From contig NKIB01014093.1 of the NCBI GenBank assembly GCA_002256025.1, forward strand, positions 1 to 47,805: a DNA stretch of 47,805 bases, written 5' to 3'. This DNA comes from Asterionella formosa. Its lineage: Eukaryota. The notes below the pieces were generated by a model that saw nothing but the letters and a program-made list of their open reading frames with translations, made no database searches and had not been told where the DNA came from. A program made the position numbers and the translations under genes. Numbering within the stretch: the first letter of the stretch is position 1; each line of letters opens with the position of its first letter. Positions 44,543 to 47,805 of this stretch are shown here, piece after piece.

Positions 44543-44905
44543 TTATTCAGTGTGTAGATAAGCTTGCCAAGTCCAATCACCGTCGATAGGATCGCCGTCA
44601 TCAATGACGCCGATGTGGGTTCCAACAGCAAGCCATTCCGTATCTTCCAGAGCTCGAAGACTGCGAACAACACCTTCGTCTTGGGTGTCAATCATCATTT
44701 TAATTCTTTCCTCGGGAAACTCTCGAAGACCAGCAGTGACAAGGTCAGGTGAGCACTCCACTATCATTATCGGGTCGTAGGATGCAATATCTCGTCCATT
44801 GGCGACGTTGGTCTCATACCGTAGAATTCGTACTTGCGTGTGAGATGGCGACAAGCGAGGAATCGTTATGCGTTTGGAAAGGAGCAACGGGAGAGTACGG
44901 TGCAT
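44543..44905 (-). CDS. Small lipoyl/biotinyl-domain-like protein (120 aa), probably mitochondrial
   Basis: ITIPRLSPSH...I..Y....G..I..YD.IM.VE...IDTQDEGVV..L......LAVGTHIGVI follows the lipoyl-domain pattern. First ATG at 44905. Confidence 0.65.
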   Translation of the reverse strand: MHRTLPLLLSKRITIPRLSPSHTQVRILRYETNVANGRDIASYDPIMIVECSPDLVTAGLREFPEERIKMMIDTQDEGVVRSLRALEDTEWLAVGTHIGVIDDGDPIDGDWTWQAYLHTE

Positions 44906-45797
44906 GATGGGACAGGACTCCACCTGGAAACGGCGATTCCTGCGTTCCTCCTTATCTCCTCCTGACAGAAGCGACAATAGGCGGCCGAGAGGTGCGTGCA
45001 AGAGATCTTTCCTGATGAGTTTCGAGTCGTCTTCAAGGAGCTACATAGATTTATATACAGAGCTCCATCCACATCTGATCGTGTAAAGTAAATAAACTAA
45101 GGCGGGCAGACAGGTACGTAGACTTTTTACAAATAATCCTATACCTGTGTCGAGACTGGGGTGGCGCGAGTAGTTTGAGCTTCTGAGTAAACATGATTGA
45201 AGAAGAAGCAGATAAAGGTGGGACGAACAGAGGATGCCTGAGAGGGTTCTATTGTATACAAGTGTGTCGTGGTTTGATTGGCGCGTGCCGATTGATGATG
45301 CCAGTATACAAGAATGAAAACGAAGCCTTAGAGTATCATTATACTGTATTCTCATAATCGTACCGGTATATATGATGGATGCAACAAAATATATGACGAT
45401 GTGTAAAATAAGACACTGTTCTATCATCGTTACTCATCATACATACTACAGTATAGCTGCCGGTAACCGTGTTTGTATGCACATACCGGTAATTTCTTAA
45501 ATTTTACATCACGCTTGATGCGGCGACCTCTCTGAAGTTATTTGTTATTTTATATTTTTATTGCTTCGTTATAGTTACCCGTTGTATACATTTTGTTCTG
45601 TTTCTCATGTGTCTCGTCACTTTGTTGGCTCCCCCCCCCTTCATTCTCGTCTCTTTAGCAGACTTACCCTATAAATTTGAAGTCGAGGCGCGCTACATTT
45701 CAATCATGGCTTCCCTTCCTGCGGTCCGCACAACTTTATTGCTTGCAACCACAAATCCAATATATACTTTTTTGGGAAGTAACGCGAAAACGGAAAA

Positions 45798-46140
45798 ATG
45801 ACTTTGGCGCGTCAATTGTTTGCTTTCTTTGCTTTCGTTTTGGGCATGAATGTAGCTCATACCTCGGAGCCGGCATTTAAATCTGGTGGAGATGTGCTAG
45901 AGTTTGGGACTGTTGCCTCGACTAAAGCCGACACGCATCTTCGCACTGTCAAAACTGAATCAAAGACGGTGGTAAGTGCAAGGAATTGGTTCACCTTGAG
46001 CTGCTATGAAGACTTCGAATCACTCTGTAACTTTTACTTTCCCATCATTGCTTTAGCAGGTCTTGAAGGGGGGGAAGGAAGATTTGCAGTACTGGGATCG
46101 TCAGCTTCAAATTGATTCTTCCATGTCCCTCCGGGTGTAA
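45798..46140 (+). CDS. Small secreted precursor (about 84 aa; intron 45972-46059) with RxL motif
   Basis: Signal peptide MTLARQLFAFFAFVLGMNVAHT; gtaagt...tttagcag intron; exon 2 VLKGGKEDLQYWDRQLQIDSSMSLRV*. Confidence 0.65.
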
Positions 46141-46584
46141 AAGCACTGTATCCACCAAAATTTTCCAAGTTTATATATTTTGGGGAACGTGACAGTTTGG
46201 AACGGAATATGATCGTTTAAGCAAATCGCTTTGCAAATATGCGAGACATCTTTGTGCCATTTTAAGAGTAGTAATTATAACATTGAAGGACTGCAAGGGC
46301 ACAGCGTTTTCATGAGTTCGTTCTATACGTTAAAATAATTTTTTTATAGAGGGACGTCACTCTTTCGGTATTGATAAATCAAATGGCTCATTTTGGTTTG
46401 TTTGTCTTGTGTCATAATTCTTGTGCGATTACTTCGGCCACGACATCAGATATTAACAATAGCTCATAATCGTAAACAGGAGCCATGATCTAGGCAATCC
46501 CTGCACAAGGAAAGTACACGCATGATTGTTCGCGTTACAATTATCATTATAGATTAGTTCAGCAATTCGTTTCAATTATCTTGC

Positions 46585-47805
46585 TCACTGAGTATTTTCG
46601 ACGTCGTCGTCACGAGTAAAATTACCAATTGGGGCATGCTGCATCACCGAACCAAGAACTGGGGACAGGACGGGAATAGGAGGGGCATAGCCGTATACCA
46701 TGCTGCCATCAAATGGCTCGGGAGGCATCACCTGACCCAAAGGAAGGAGAGGAACGGGAGGAACAAATGGAATAGGAGATAAGGCAATGGAAGGCACAGC
46801 TGGTGGGTGATTCAGCTCTGATAGATGCTCCAATGGATATGGTGGCATGTAGTTTCCGTACATTGCAGCTCCATAATGAACAGAGGGATAGTACATTTGC
46901 ATGGCAGCAGCGTGGTAATTCGACGGATACATCAGGGCCGCCGATGCAGTGCCATCGTCATACATGGGGAAAACAGCATGTGGTTCCCTATTGTTAAGGA
47001 GACTGCTGGGGCCGTTCTGCATGAAGTTTTGTCGTCCACGGGAGCTGTTATCCTTTGGCTGAGCGGCCTTCACCTCACAAATCTTCCCCTGTATCTCGAC
47101 CTTGCCCACCAATGCCTCTCCAGTCTGGATATCCTTGCCTTCGTTTCCCATCATCAAAAGCTTGTGCGCAACCTCCTGTTTTTGGGAGTGTGAGTTCAAA
47201 TAAAATGCAGACACAGCTGCAATAGTCAATTCACATCACTGTACAAACTCACTCACCTCCTCCTCAAACGTCACAAAACCAAAACCTCGGGAACGCCGAG
47301 TTTCTCGATCAAACATTACAACCGAGTCTACAAGCTTACCGAATTGTGTAAAGAACTCTCGAAATTCCCCCTCCGTAACTACGAAAATGTCAAATAATGG
47401 TGAGTCTCAGAATATCACAGTGTTGTTGTTGGTTTAATAAGGAAATCACCCCTAACAGACGAGTAGTATGAAACTCATCGACATGCTTCAACAAAACTTT
47501 GTGACTTACTGTTTGCAGGAAGACCACCCACAAATAGCTTTCGGGTGTCCTTCTTGGTGGGCGGGATTTTACCCGGTCGATGGGGAAACGGAGTTGTACT
47601 CAACAGCGAATCTTTTGGATCCGAACATGGTGTCTGGAGCATCATGCTGTGTGATGAACCTGCAGCGTTGTCAACCTGGTTTTCATTGATATGCATCTTA
47701 GGGTTCAAGTTGGATCCTTGCTGAGGGTTGCTGTTATCGTTGGTAGGACCTTGCTGTTGCAACATGGGAATAGTTGTGGAAAACTTGAAGTCGAGGGTCG
47801 CAGTG
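46585..47805 (-). CDS. RRM RNA-binding protein (Musashi/DAZAP1-like); introns 47379-47509 and 47176-47256; start at ATG 47765 or beyond the window edge
   Basis: RNP2 KLFVGGLP, spliced [31 protein letters not shown] (RNP1), [11 protein letters not shown], Pro/Tyr-rich tail. Confidence 0.9.

Overview
Eukaryotic nuclear DNA, very likely from a diatom. This is inferred from short GT-AG introns of about 75-130 nt, compact gene spacing, signal peptide + Phe plastid-type presequences and diatom-style RxL propeptides. The scaffold has three N-gaps. About 20 protein genes are supported: selenoprotein M (in-frame UGA missed by the ORF track, with a 3' SECIS-like hairpin), a COPI-associated membrane protein, an M11 gametolysin-like metalloprotease, an SV2-like MFS transporter, TBCB, a histidine phosphatase, NSF, GTP cyclohydrolase I, WDR74/NSA1 head-to-head with NOC4, a bHLH/F-box protein, a plastid protein resembling only the N-terminal part of RNase II, a RING-H2 ligase, mitochondrial MDH head-to-head with ATP12, a fused YeeE/YedE transporter, a thioredoxin-thioredoxin reductase fusion, an Aurora-like kinase, a lysine-less lipoyl-like protein, a tiny secreted RxL precursor and an RRM protein. 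Most striking: (1) the Trx-TrxR fusion has a signal peptide and an ER-type -TEL end, suggesting a dedicated ER-lumen reducing system that could serve the ER-type SelM; (2) a tRNA-Ala-derived SINE-like family with two copies, one bounded by a perfect 17-bp target-site duplication; (3) an atypical SECIS; (4) GGTACC/TACCGGTA palindrome clusters almost confined to gene 5' flanks. All family assignments come from motif recognition by eye; no database searches were run.
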